Below, piece after piece: positions 26,452-35,923 of a stretch of DNA of 64,000 nt (the stretch's first letter is position 1; each line of letters starts with the position of its first letter). Below the pieces are notes generated by a model, which was not told the DNA's origin, made no database searches, and was given only the letters and a program-made list of their open reading frames with translations. The stretch covers positions 49,086 to 113,085 of the forward strand of contig CAZBRD010000012.1 of assembly GCA_964494205.1 (NCBI GenBank), read 5' to 3'. The translations under genes were made by a program, and so were the position numbers. This DNA comes from an uncultured Phycisphaeraceae bacterium (GTDB lineage Bacteria; Planctomycetota; Phycisphaerae; UBA1845).

Positions 26452-26463
26452 GGGGGGGGGGGG
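26452..26463. repeat. G12 homopolymer tract (C12 on the coding strand of the adjacent cluster)
   Basis: Counted directly: 12 consecutive G, 181 bp upstream of the start of CDS 25849-26271. Confidence 0.95.
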
Positions 26464-26853
26464 CAAAGTCAAGAGAAAAAGCAAAACCGGATATGAATTA
26501 TCGATATTGCTGATGGCGGTGAATTGTGGCGAGCGCGTATGTTGTTATTGAATAAGGAGAGGTACGCCCTATGACCACATATCAAGCAACCGCCCACCAT
26601 TCGGCCCTTCACACTTCGTCCATTGCGACGGGAGATTTTGCGCAAGTTTTTTTATTCCGGAGAAAATTCGTCGGAAAACTGCATTGCTGACCGCGCCAGT
26701 GCAGTTTTCGATTTGCGCGGCGCAAGAAACGCAGGAAAAGGAGCCACGTTCTTAGGCGGAAAACAAGGTAGCGCACGACCACGAAGGATCTGCGCAGGTG
26801 GCTGACGCAAGACGGCGGGGAAACCCTTCCGATTGATAAAGATTGCGGAAATG

Positions 26854-26880
26854 AAAAAAGGTGGGTGCGGAGCACCCACC
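26854..26880 (-). terminator. Rho-independent terminator downstream of fliA
   Basis: GGTGGGTGC-GGA-GCACCCACC preceded on the plus strand by AAAAAA, which gives a U-tract on the minus strand. Confidence 0.6.
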
Positions 26881-27038
26881 ACACGATGGATCGAATGATT
26901 GCTTTTGTTTTTCGAAGTTCAGGTCCGCACGGCGGACCCTACGAGTTAGAGCATCAACTAAACAAGTGTAGCGTCGCCCCTCGTGGGCGGCGTTGCGCCG
27001 GGGACGAGCCCCGTCGCTACATTTTGCGGTGAACTTCC

Positions 27039-27821
27039 TTAGTTCACGAACTCCTTCTTGCGGATCTGCATGTGTTCCTTGAGGCGTTCGATGATGGCTG
27101 AGTGCATCTGGGAGACGCGACTTTCACTGAGGTCCAGCGCGGTGCCGATCTCCTTCATGGTCATTTCTTCGTAGTAGTAAAGGATGAGGATCATGCGCTC
27201 GGCGCGGGAGAGGCCGCGGCTGATGAGCTCTTTCAAATCCTTGCGCTGGATTTCGCGAACCGGGTCGCGGCCACGGCGGTCTTCGATGATATCGATTTCG
27301 CAGACGTCCTTGTTGGCGTCGGACTCGTTGCACTTACGGTTGAGCGAGACCTGCATGACGGCTGTCGCTTCCTTGAGCTGCCTGTCAAACTCATCGCGCG
27401 GAAGCTTCATCGCTTCGGCGAGTTCGGTCTTGTTGGGTGAGCGGCCAAAAATCGCTTCTAGCTCGCGGGTCAAGCGCTCGAGCTTGGCAGCGCGGCTGCG
27501 GACGAGTCGCGGGACCCAGTCCATGCTGCGGAGTTCGTCGAGTATGGCGCCGCGGATTCGCGGGGCGCAATACGTTTCGAACTTAACGCCGCGTTTGAGA
27601 TCGAAGGCGTCGATAGCGTCCATCAGGCCGAAGACGCCGGCGGAGACGAGGTCATCGTGTTCGACTTCATCAGGGAGTTTGGCGCCGATGCGCTCCGCGT
27701 TGTATTTGACGATATGAAGATAGCGCTCCATGAGCTCGTTGCGCAGCGACAGTTCGGGGTTCTTCTTGTATTGTCGCCAGACCTTGGTCATGTCCGTCTT
27801 TGCTTTATTGATTATTCGCAT
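27039..27821 (-). CDS. fliA: Flagellar RNA polymerase sigma factor sigma-28 (FliA/WhiG)
   Basis: Sigma-70 regions 2, 3 and 4 (DDLVSAGVFGLMDAIDAFD, ILILYYYEEMTMKEIGTALDLSESRVSQ). Last gene of the flagellar cluster. ATG 27821 has GGAG 8 nt upstream. Confidence 0.9.
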   Translation of the reverse strand: MRIINKAKTDMTKVWRQYKKNPELSLRNELMERYLHIVKYNAERIGAKLPDEVEHDDLVSAGVFGLMDAIDAFDLKRGVKFETYCAPRIRGAILDELRSMDWVPRLVRSRAAKLERLTRELEAIFGRSPNKTELAEAMKLPRDEFDRQLKEATAVMQVSLNRKCNESDANKDVCEIDIIEDRRGRDPVREIQRKDLKELISRGLSRAERMILILYYYEEMTMKEIGTALDLSESRVSQMHSAIIERLKEHMQIRKKEFVN

Positions 27822-27898
27822 CCGTACTGCTCCTAAAGTGCATCCCTGCACGCCCGCTCGCAACCCACATCAAATCCGTCCGGCCGCGAGTACGCGGA

Positions 27899-28207
27899 TC
27901 AGGCTGTTACTTCCTCGCCGGAAAGCCGAGAGTCGGCGTTGGCGATGGAGTTCAGGCCTTGCGGATCGGAATCGACCGGGTCGTTCTTGTACCTCTCCTG
28001 CAATTCGGCTTCGCGCTGGCGATGGCGGTCCGACAAAACCATCTGGGCCGCCGCACCGACGACGAAGCCGACGACGAAAAAAACAAACAGTGCGAAGATG
28101 CTGCGCGAGAGGATCACCGTGGCCGGGTTCTGCACGTACAGACCGGCGACAATGGTTATCGCAAAGGCGAGTAGGCCGAGACTGGCGCCGGCAAATCGTG
28201 GCACCAT
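27899..28207 (-). CDS. Small 2-TM membrane protein, hypothetical
   Basis: ATG at 28207. Two hydrophobic helices and an acidic C-terminal tail. It sits between flhG and fliA. Confidence 0.4.
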   Translation of the reverse strand: MVPRFAGASLGLLAFAITIVAGLYVQNPATVILSRSIFALFVFFVVGFVVGAAAQMVLSDRHRQREAELQERYKNDPVDSDPQGLNSIANADSRLSGEEVTA

Positions 28208-28379
28208 CAGCGCAACATCCTTGTCGCAAGACTTACCGAACGGGGTGTAAAAAACTGAATGGCGAGTGGAAGAGTTGCGACGACTCCATCCGTACCGGCC
28301 ATTCCCCGATCGGCCCTTACGGATCAGTATCCTTACTGATCCGACCCAGTGGGTCGCCGGGGATTCGTCAAAACCGCGC

Positions 28380-29243
28380 CTAGACGAACAAACCGGCGAC
28401 ACGTCGAAGCAGGCCGTTGCGACTCGCCGAACCCGCGTTCGGATTCGGGAGTTTTGTCGCGATTGCTGCAACGCACGTGCTGGCTATCGACTTTGGATAC
28501 TTCAGCACGAACGGGCAACGCGCCAAAACTGCCTGCTCGACGACGTTATCATGCAGCAAGTGTCCTTCGTCCGCAACAGAATAATTCAAAAATCTTTGAG
28601 CCACTTCCTTAACGCGACAGTAGGTGGCACTCGCCTGCGCGCGATCGTCGGCCATGTTCACGATGAGCCCGATCGGCGCGAGACATTGTGCGCGATGAAG
28701 AATTTTTATTGTCGCGTATGCATCTGTTATGGCGGTCGGCTGTGGCGTAGTGACAACGAGCACGCGGTCGGCTGCGAGCGCGAAGGCGGTGACGTTCTGC
28801 GAGATGCCTGCGCCGCAATCCAAAACCACGATATCAGTATTGAGACGGAGTTTTTGCAGTTGCGAAATCAAACTCTGACGCTCGAAGTCGGAGACGTTGG
28901 CGAGCTCCTGTAATCCTGAACCGCCCGGGATAAATCGTATGCCGCCGGGCGCGTCAACTGTTACTTCATCGAGCGAACGAATGCCGCTGACAACGTGCGA
29001 GAGCGTGTAACGCGCATGAATGTTAAGAAGCACGTCGGCGTTGGCGAGGCCTAGATCGACATCGACAAGAGTAACGCGCGAGCCGCGAGCGGCGAGTGCA
29101 ATGGCGAGATTAACGGCGATGCTCGATTTGCCGACGCCGCCCTTTCCACTCGTGACGGCGATGATCTGGCCATGTCGCGAACCGCGCGAGGTAAGCTCGC
29201 GTAGTCGGGCAGCTTGATCGATGTTGTGCGGTCGCTGATTCAT
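28380..29243 (-). CDS. flhG: MinD/ParA-type ATPase, flagellar number regulator
   Basis: Deviant Walker A motif TSGKGGVGKSS. Immediately downstream of flhF with a 4-nt overlap. Confidence 0.85.
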   Translation of the reverse strand: MNQRPHNIDQAARLRELTSRGSRHGQIIAVTSGKGGVGKSSIAVNLAIALAARGSRVTLVDVDLGLANADVLLNIHARYTLSHVVSGIRSLDEVTVDAPGGIRFIPGGSGLQELANVSDFERQSLISQLQKLRLNTDIVVLDCGAGISQNVTAFALAADRVLVVTTPQPTAITDAYATIKILHRAQCLAPIGLIVNMADDRAQASATYCRVKEVAQRFLNYSVADEGHLLHDNVVEQAVLARCPFVLKYPKSIASTCVAAIATKLPNPNAGSASRNGLLRRVAGLFV

Positions 29244-30442
29244 TTCGCGGCGATCATCGCTTTCATTTGAAAAGTGCGGTCACCGAGAATCAATCCGGCA
29301 ATTGTTCGCGGTTCGCCCACCTGAATATCGTCCGGCACGTCCTGGCCGGCGGTGATGTACGAAAGTTTCGCGTTGGCTTTCTGAAGGCAATTCAAGATGA
29401 CGCCAAAACCGATGGCTTCGTCGAGCTTGGTGAAAATGATGCGATCGATGCCGACTTCTCGGAAGCGAGTGACCGCGTCGGTGAGGACGCCATCGCCGCA
29501 TGTGCTCGACAAGACAAGGTGAACCTCATTCGGCTTCACGACGCTGAAGAAGGTCTTGAGTTCCTTAATTTTGATGGAGTCGCGCTGACTGCGGCCTGCG
29601 GTGTCGATGAGGACGACGTCACGATCGCGCATGCGCTGAATGGCTTCTTTCAATTGAGCGGGTGCGACGACGACTTCCAAGGGCACATCCATGATCTGAG
29701 CATAGGTCTTGAGTTGCTCGACGGCGGCGATGCGGTAAGTATCAATCGTAATGAGGCCGACCTTTCGGCGCTCCTGCAACGCGAGGTTGGCCGCAAGCTT
29801 TGCGATGGTTGTTGTCTTGCCGACGCCGGTTGGACCTACGAGAGCAATGATGGTCGGACCGCCAACGGTGGCGAGCCGGATCGGACCAGCGGTTGGCAAC
29901 ATCGATTCGAGTGCTTTGCCCAGTTGGGCTTTCACTACGGAAGTGTTGGCGAGTTGTGCAGAGCTGAGCGTCGAACGCATATCGCCGACGATTTTCTGAG
30001 CTAGTTCCTCAGCAACAGCGTTCTCGACCAAGCCGAGATAAACATCAAAGAGCTCCTGCGGAACGTTGCCGTTTTGGGTGCGCTTCGATTGCTTGATCAG
30101 GTCCATGACAAGCGATTTGAGGGAACCGACTTCAGCAAGAACGGCTGCGTCGGTCGATTTCGACGAGGACATTTCGATAGATGGAATCGCCATGCGCGCA
30201 CGCGAATCATCCAGGCCCATGCGAGACATTCGCTCCGCCGACGCGCGCGGACGATGAGTCGGTGTACCGTCGGGTGGACGTTGGGCAGCGGTGATCTCGA
30301 CCCACGGCTTCGCACCGATGCCGAGGACGCCGCCTTTGTTCAACGTTCGTGTGCTCAGAATGACCGCGTCGCGGCCGAAGTCGCGCTTGACGAGTTCGAG
30401 CGCCTCGGCCATGGTCTTTCCACGAAAGCTCTTAGGATTCAT
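29240..30442 (-). CDS. flhF: SRP-type GTPase, flagellar placement
   Basis: G1 LVGPTGVGKTTTIAKLA, G3 DTAGR, TKLD. Position between flhA and flhG. Confidence 0.85.
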   Translation of the reverse strand: MNPKSFRGKTMAEALELVKRDFGRDAVILSTRTLNKGGVLGIGAKPWVEITAAQRPPDGTPTHRPRASAERMSRMGLDDSRARMAIPSIEMSSSKSTDAAVLAEVGSLKSLVMDLIKQSKRTQNGNVPQELFDVYLGLVENAVAEELAQKIVGDMRSTLSSAQLANTSVVKAQLGKALESMLPTAGPIRLATVGGPTIIALVGPTGVGKTTTIAKLAANLALQERRKVGLITIDTYRIAAVEQLKTYAQIMDVPLEVVVAPAQLKEAIQRMRDRDVVLIDTAGRSQRDSIKIKELKTFFSVVKPNEVHLVLSSTCGDGVLTDAVTRFREVGIDRIIFTKLDEAIGFGVILNCLQKANAKLSYITAGQDVPDDIQVGEPRTIAGLILGDRTFQMKAMIAAK

Positions 30443-32510
30443 CAGTCAGCACCACCATTCCATGAGATTCGACTTCCACTCCGCGGACGACTTCGTTGTA
30501 GGAGAGCACGGCCACCGAGGGCAGAGAGACTTCAATCATCCGCCGCACCCACGCGCGAATGGGCGGCGGGCAAAGGAGAATCGGCGATTTGCCGCGCAGG
30601 GCTGTACCCGCGCGATCAACTTGCTTGCGGATGGCGTTCACGATTTTCGTTTGCACGGGCGGCGGCAAGGTCATTGTCGTGCCGCGCTCGGAGCGATCGA
30701 GCCCCTTGTTGATCAATTCCTCCAGCGCCGGGTCGAGCGTCACACAGTGAATTCGGCCATCGTCGCCGCGATGCTGCAGACAGAGTGTCCGCGCGATCGC
30801 GTGTCGGGCGTATTCGGTGAGGATTTCGGTGTCCTTGGTGCGGGCGGCCACGTCGCCAACGGCTTCCAATATCGCCTCCAGATCGCGAATCGGCACGCGC
30901 TCGCGGAGCAGGGCTTGCAGCACGCGCTGAAGCTCACCGGGTTTGACGATTTCGGGAATGACTTCCTCGATCAACTTCGGCGAGCGCTCCTTCAGGTTGT
31001 CGAGAAGTCGGCTGACTTCCTGTCGGCTCAGCAGTTCGTCAGCGTGGCGCTTGATGATTTCGGTGATGAAGGTGCCGATGACGCTCGACGGCTCGACAAC
31101 GGTGTAGTTGCGATGTTCGGCTTCATGGCGCTGCTCTGGGAAAATCCAAAGTGCGGGCAGGCCGAATGCGGGTTCGGTGGTTTCGGTGCCGTTGACCGGA
31201 ATCGTCACCATTCCGGTGTTGATGGCGAGCAGGTGGCCGGGGAGTGCTTCGCCCTTGCCGATCTCCATGCCCTTGAGCTTGATGCGGAATTGGTTCGGCT
31301 GAAGCTGCACGTCGTCGCGAATGCGGATGGGCGGCACGATGACGCCTAGTTCCTGGGCCATCTGCTTGCGCATGTTGGTGATGCGGTCGAGAAGGTCGCC
31401 GCCCTGTTTGCGATCGACGAGAGTGATGAGGCCGAAGCCGACGTCGAGCTCGAGAGCGTCGACGGTCAGGTGCTTTTCGATTTTCTCCGGCGCGGCGGGC
31501 TTGACTTTGGCGGCGGCGGACTGCACAGCGACCTCTTTCTGCTTGCGGTTGAGCAGCAGGCCGGTCGCGACACATGTGATAGCCAATCCCATGATGGGAA
31601 TCTTGGGGAGCGGAGTCAGGCCGAGGATCAGTAAGAAGACCGCTGTCATGGCGAGGGCGAGCGGTTGGCTGGCCAGTTGGCCGAGCAATTCGTCGCCGAG
31701 GTTTTTCTTGGCAGCGGAGCGCGTGACGATGGTGGCTGCAGCGAGGGAGACGATGAACGCCGGGATCTGCGAGACGAGTCCGTCGCCGATGGTGAGGATG
31801 GTGAAGCGGCGGATGGTATCCATGATAGGAAGATTCAGTTCGACCAACCCGACATACATGCCGCCGAGCGCGTTGATCACTGTGATGATGATGCCGGCAA
31901 TGGCGTCACCACGGACGAACTTGCTGGCACCGTCCATGGCTCCGTAGAAGTCTGCCTCGCGGGTGATGTCGGAGCGGCGACGTTTGGCTTCCTCAGTGTT
32001 GATGATGCCGGCATTGAGATCGGCGTCGATGGCCATCTGTTTGCCGGGCATGCCGTCGAGGGTGAATCGTGCAGCCACTTCGGCGATACGCGTCGCACCT
32101 TTGGTAATGACGACGAATTGGATTACCACAATAATCGCAAAGAGCACGACGCCTACGACGAGCGAGCCGCCGGCGACGAACGAGCCAAATGTGGTAACGA
32201 CATGGCCCGCGTCACCGTGGGTGAGGATGAGGCGCGTCGTGGCGATATTCAGAACGAGTCTGAATAACGTGAGACCAAGCAAGAGCGAAGGAAATGAGGA
32301 GAAATCGAGCGGCCCGCTCATGTACATGACGGTGAGCAGAACCACACCGGAGAGGGCCACGTTGGCCATCAAGAGGAAGTCCATCACGGCCGTTGGAAGT
32401 GGAATCAGGATAACGAGCACGGTAGCCAGTACGAACATGGGCAACGCCATGCCAAAGTTCTGGCTGATGATTGCGGGGACTCGTAGTTTTCCAAGGGCAA
32501 ATGTGGCCAT
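30432..32510 (-). CDS. flhA: Flagellar type III export gate protein FlhA
   Basis: 692 aa with the FHIPEP signature region (VIQFVVITKGATRIAEVAARFTLDGMPGKQMAIDADL). Confidence 0.95.
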   Translation of the reverse strand: MATFALGKLRVPAIISQNFGMALPMFVLATVLVILIPLPTAVMDFLLMANVALSGVVLLTVMYMSGPLDFSSFPSLLLGLTLFRLVLNIATTRLILTHGDAGHVVTTFGSFVAGGSLVVGVVLFAIIVVIQFVVITKGATRIAEVAARFTLDGMPGKQMAIDADLNAGIINTEEAKRRRSDITREADFYGAMDGASKFVRGDAIAGIIITVINALGGMYVGLVELNLPIMDTIRRFTILTIGDGLVSQIPAFIVSLAAATIVTRSAAKKNLGDELLGQLASQPLALAMTAVFLLILGLTPLPKIPIMGLAITCVATGLLLNRKQKEVAVQSAAAKVKPAAPEKIEKHLTVDALELDVGFGLITLVDRKQGGDLLDRITNMRKQMAQELGVIVPPIRIRDDVQLQPNQFRIKLKGMEIGKGEALPGHLLAINTGMVTIPVNGTETTEPAFGLPALWIFPEQRHEAEHRNYTVVEPSSVIGTFITEIIKRHADELLSRQEVSRLLDNLKERSPKLIEEVIPEIVKPGELQRVLQALLRERVPIRDLEAILEAVGDVAARTKDTEILTEYARHAIARTLCLQHRGDDGRIHCVTLDPALEELINKGLDRSERGTTMTLPPPVQTKIVNAIRKQVDRAGTALRGKSPILLCPPPIRAWVRRMIEVSLPSVAVLSYNEVVRGVEVESHGMVVLTDES

Positions 32511-32571
32511 TAGTTATTCATTCGATGAATTAGTTTGGATACCGCAACAAGACTGTGCGACGACCGCCAAA

Positions 32572-32609
32572 GAGACCCTCACCCTCCCCTCTCCCTAAGA
32601 GGGAGAGGG
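32572..32609 (-). repeat. REP-B hairpin repeat (inverted)
   Basis: GAGACCCTCACCCTCCCCTCTCCCTAAGAGGGAGAGGG, in the flhA-flhB spacer. Confidence 0.9.
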
Positions 32610-32680
32610 ATGTATTGTTACATGCTCTAACTATGCTTTTCTTAATTCCTCATTCGTTGATTGTCGATCTCCCATATTTC

Positions 32681-33778
32681 TTAATTAGTACTCAACGGCA
32701 TCCGCGCACGGCGACGGTCCATCGGGGATTTGCCGGTTAGCTCATAGACGTACGCCAGGATTTCCGCGATCGCCTGATAGAAACGCTCGGGGATGTATCT
32801 ACCTACATCGACTGAGTCGTATAACGCACGGGCGAGCGGTTTACGCTCGACGATCGGAATGCCAAACTCTGTTGCGATTTCGCGGATTCGCAGCGCCAAC
32901 TCATCAACACCCTTCGCGACGACTTTCGGCGCGGGCATGTGGGCAACATCGTAGGCGATCGCAATGGCGTAGTGCGTCGGGTTGGTGACGATGACGTCGG
33001 CTTTGGGGACTTCCTTGCGCAGGCGCTGGCTGGCTAATTGCATCTGTAATTGGCGTTGTCGACGCTTCACGAGCGGGTCGCCTTCCATGCTGCGCAGTTC
33101 GTCCTTCACTTCTTCTTTGGTCATGCGCAGATCGCGCTCGAAACGGTATCGCTGCCACCAATAGTCGAATAATGCGAGAATGAGGAGTGCGATCGCGCAG
33201 CGTAGGCCGAGCTTGTAGACAAGTTTCGCGCACAGCGGAACCAATTGGTAAAAGTCGAGCGTCAATGCATACATGATTGCGGGCAAGTCGCGTTTGATGG
33301 TTATGTATGCAACGAGTGAAACGATGATCACTTTGAATGAATTGGTCGTAACGGCCACGAGCGAACGAGGGGAGAGCAGACGCTTGAAGCCTTCCAGTGG
33401 ATTGAGACGGCTAAAGTTGGGCGTCAGCGGCTGCGTCGTGAACAGCCAGCCCGTTTGCATATACAGCGCGATCAGAGTGACAACGATCAGAACGCCGAGG
33501 AACGGCGCGATGCTTTTTGCACCGCTGATGGCTGCATTGGCGGCGACGACAAGCACGTTATCCGCAGTGGTTGGCGTGTCGGCGTGAAGCGTGCCTTCCA
33601 TGACCGCCAGTAGACTTTTCCATAATTGCGGACCAACTATCGCCAGAGTGACGAAGCCAGTCAACAGCAGCAATGCAGCCACTAAGTCCTGACTGCGCGC
33701 GACCTGCCCCTTCGAGCGTGCCTCCATGCGACGACGCGGGGTTGCGGGTTCTGTTTTTTCTCCGCCCTCTGCCGGCAT
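32681..33778 (-). CDS. flhB: Flagellar export switch protein FlhB
   Basis: NPTH autocleavage site (VIVTNPTHYAIA). N-terminal EKTEPATPRR. Confidence 0.95.
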   Translation of the reverse strand: MPAEGGEKTEPATPRRRMEARSKGQVARSQDLVAALLLLTGFVTLAIVGPQLWKSLLAVMEGTLHADTPTTADNVLVVAANAAISGAKSIAPFLGVLIVVTLIALYMQTGWLFTTQPLTPNFSRLNPLEGFKRLLSPRSLVAVTTNSFKVIIVSLVAYITIKRDLPAIMYALTLDFYQLVPLCAKLVYKLGLRCAIALLILALFDYWWQRYRFERDLRMTKEEVKDELRSMEGDPLVKRRQRQLQMQLASQRLRKEVPKADVIVTNPTHYAIAIAYDVAHMPAPKVVAKGVDELALRIREIATEFGIPIVERKPLARALYDSVDVGRYIPERFYQAIAEILAYVYELTGKSPMDRRRARMPLSTN

Positions 33779-34578
33779 CAGATCATCAATCCTTTTGGAT
33801 GCGGGTCAATGCCCAAACCACTTCTGATTGTCTCAAAACCGGCCCAGACAGCGTCGAGCAGAATGCCCTTGCACGCGCCGAGGCTGAATGCAATGAGCGC
33901 CATCGTCATGATTACTTTGAAAGTGAAACCGACTGTGAGAATGTGCAATTGGGGCATCGCACGCGAAATAATGCCGAGCATGACTGTGGTGAGGAGCAAC
34001 GCGATCAAGACTGGACCAGCCAATCGAATGCCAAGAATGAATGAGGCTGTGGTCATTTCTACCAGGAGCATTAGGTATGATTCATTGGGTGTGGTCGAGA
34101 GCATGGGCATGACCTGATAACTGTCGAGCACTGCGGCGATTGTTTCGCGATGGCCGCCAGCGATGAGCAGCACGGTCATGAATGTGATGCCGTACATCTG
34201 ACCGAGAACGGAGCTCTGATCGTCATACGTGGGGTTGAAGACTTCGCCGAGGGCGAGGCCCGCCTGCTGTGCAATGGCCATGCCCGCGACTTCGGCGGCG
34301 CTGATGAGCACGGTCACGCACAGGCCGATGGTCATGCCGATGAAAAGCTCGCCAACGCCAGCGGTGATGATTGTCATGAGTGGAAGATCGCGCGGAGCCT
34401 GCCCCTTGAGAATCGGGAAAATCATGGCGGAAAGCGTGAAGACCAATGCAACACGGATGCGAATGGGAATTGCACCACTGCTAAGGATGGGCGCGGTCAT
34501 GACCACACCGCCCAATCGGAATAGAATGAGGGCGAAGGCGGGCAACGCGAGAAGAATTTCCATCAGTGGTGTGGCCAT
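33778..34578 (-). CDS. fliR: Flagellar export apparatus protein FliR
   Basis: 266-aa polytopic membrane protein between fliQ and flhB. Typical FliR N-terminus (FALILFRLGGVVMTAPI). Confidence 0.9.
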   Translation of the reverse strand: MATPLMEILLALPAFALILFRLGGVVMTAPILSSGAIPIRIRVALVFTLSAMIFPILKGQAPRDLPLMTIITAGVGELFIGMTIGLCVTVLISAAEVAGMAIAQQAGLALGEVFNPTYDDQSSVLGQMYGITFMTVLLIAGGHRETIAAVLDSYQVMPMLSTTPNESYLMLLVEMTTASFILGIRLAGPVLIALLLTTVMLGIISRAMPQLHILTVGFTFKVIMTMALIAFSLGACKGILLDAVWAGFETIRSGLGIDPHPKGLMI

Positions 34579-34630
34579 TGTGTGTTTTCAAATTAACTCG
34601 AACAGCTATTACTTTCCTAACCAATCTTTC

Positions 34631-34891
34631 TCAAAACGGCACCGTGCCCATCATCTCGCGTGTGTATCCGATCATTTGTTCCGCGATCCACGAAATAAAG
34701 AATGTGCCCGCGATGACCATGGCGACGATTTTGGGCACGAATGTCAGAGTCTGCTCCTGTAATTGCGTAACCGCCTGAAATAGGGAGATCAGCAAGCCTA
34801 CAACGAGCCCAATAATGAGAATCGGCGCGGAGGTTACCAAGCCCATCCAGAAGGCGTATCTGCCCATTTCAATGGCGGAATTGAAATCCAT
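34631..34891 (-). CDS. fliQ: Flagellar export apparatus protein FliQ
   Basis: 86-aa 2-TM protein. Conserved LISLFQAVTQLQEQTLTFVPK. Confidence 0.9.
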   Translation of the reverse strand: MDFNSAIEMGRYAFWMGLVTSAPILIIGLVVGLLISLFQAVTQLQEQTLTFVPKIVAMVIAGTFFISWIAEQMIGYTREMMGTVPF

Positions 34892-34906
34892 AATAAGCGA
34901 TTACCT

Positions 34907-35770
34907 TCAGACAAAACTCTTCAATAAGGTTTCGACCACCAAATGCCAGCCATCAGCAAGGACAAACAGTAATAGTTTGAACGGCAACGAGATCAGGACC
35001 GGTGGCAGCATCATCATGCCCATTGATGTCAGGATCGTCGCGATGACCATATCGATGACGAGGAACGGCAAATAAATACGGAAGCCCATGATGAATGCCG
35101 TCTTCAATTCGCTGAGCATGAACGCGGGGATCATCACGGTCAGCGGCACGTCTTTGACTTCGACCGTTTCGCCAGTTGCAATCTGGCGGTTCTCGGCATA
35201 CTCCAGAAATAGATAGATGTCGTCGTCGTTGCCGGCTTGCTCGATCTGGCGGTGCATGAACTCCTTGAGGTGCAGCGAAGCGACGTCGAAGGCTTCGGCT
35301 TGGCCCATATTGTTGTTGAAATACGGTTCAGCTGCTTGGGTCTGAATGCGGTGCCACGTGGGAGCCATGATCGGAATCGTTATGAAGAGCGAGAGGGCCA
35401 GCAGAACCTGACCGGGTGGTAATTGGGGGATTCCGATGGCCTGGCGAAGCAATCCTAAGACGATGATGACGCGCGGGAAGCAGGTCACCATCACGAGGAT
35501 CGAAGGAATCAGCGTCAGTACAGTAAGCAGTACGAGAATCTGGATGCTGGCGCTGACGCTCTTGGGATCGGTGGCTGTCGGGATTACGCGAGAAAGATCG
35601 GGTAGCGCGACGTTGGAAGCAGTAGCAGTGGCTGCAGATGTTGTCTGGGCCGAAACTTCAGGCGTAAGGAATGCAAACAGCGCGACGGTTGCGAGCGCGA
35701 TGAAGCTACGCAAGGGCCAACGCCTTAGCGCGAGTGCGTGAGTTGTCGAGCTTCCATGCTCCGGACGCAT
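34907..35770 (-). CDS. fliP: Flagellar export apparatus protein FliP
   Basis: FliP signatures (ILVLLTVLTLIPSILVMVTCFPRVIIVL, FMLSELKTAFIMGF). Long signal/N-terminal region. Confidence 0.9.
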   Translation of the reverse strand: MRPEHGSSTTHALALRRWPLRSFIALATVALFAFLTPEVSAQTTSAATATASNVALPDLSRVIPTATDPKSVSASIQILVLLTVLTLIPSILVMVTCFPRVIIVLGLLRQAIGIPQLPPGQVLLALSLFITIPIMAPTWHRIQTQAAEPYFNNNMGQAEAFDVASLHLKEFMHRQIEQAGNDDDIYLFLEYAENRQIATGETVEVKDVPLTVMIPAFMLSELKTAFIMGFRIYLPFLVIDMVIATILTSMGMMMLPPVLISLPFKLLLFVLADGWHLVVETLLKSFV

Positions 35771-35923
35771 GCGCTACTCCATTGCGCTTCGTTATTCGAT
35801 CGCAGGTCATGCGAACTGCGACGGTTTTCTCGTACCCGCCCAATTCGCCGCAGTTCGACGAACATTGAGTCTTTTTCAATGTCCAACATGGCCAAGCGAT
35901 AGCTTGGCCATGCCACGCACGAT

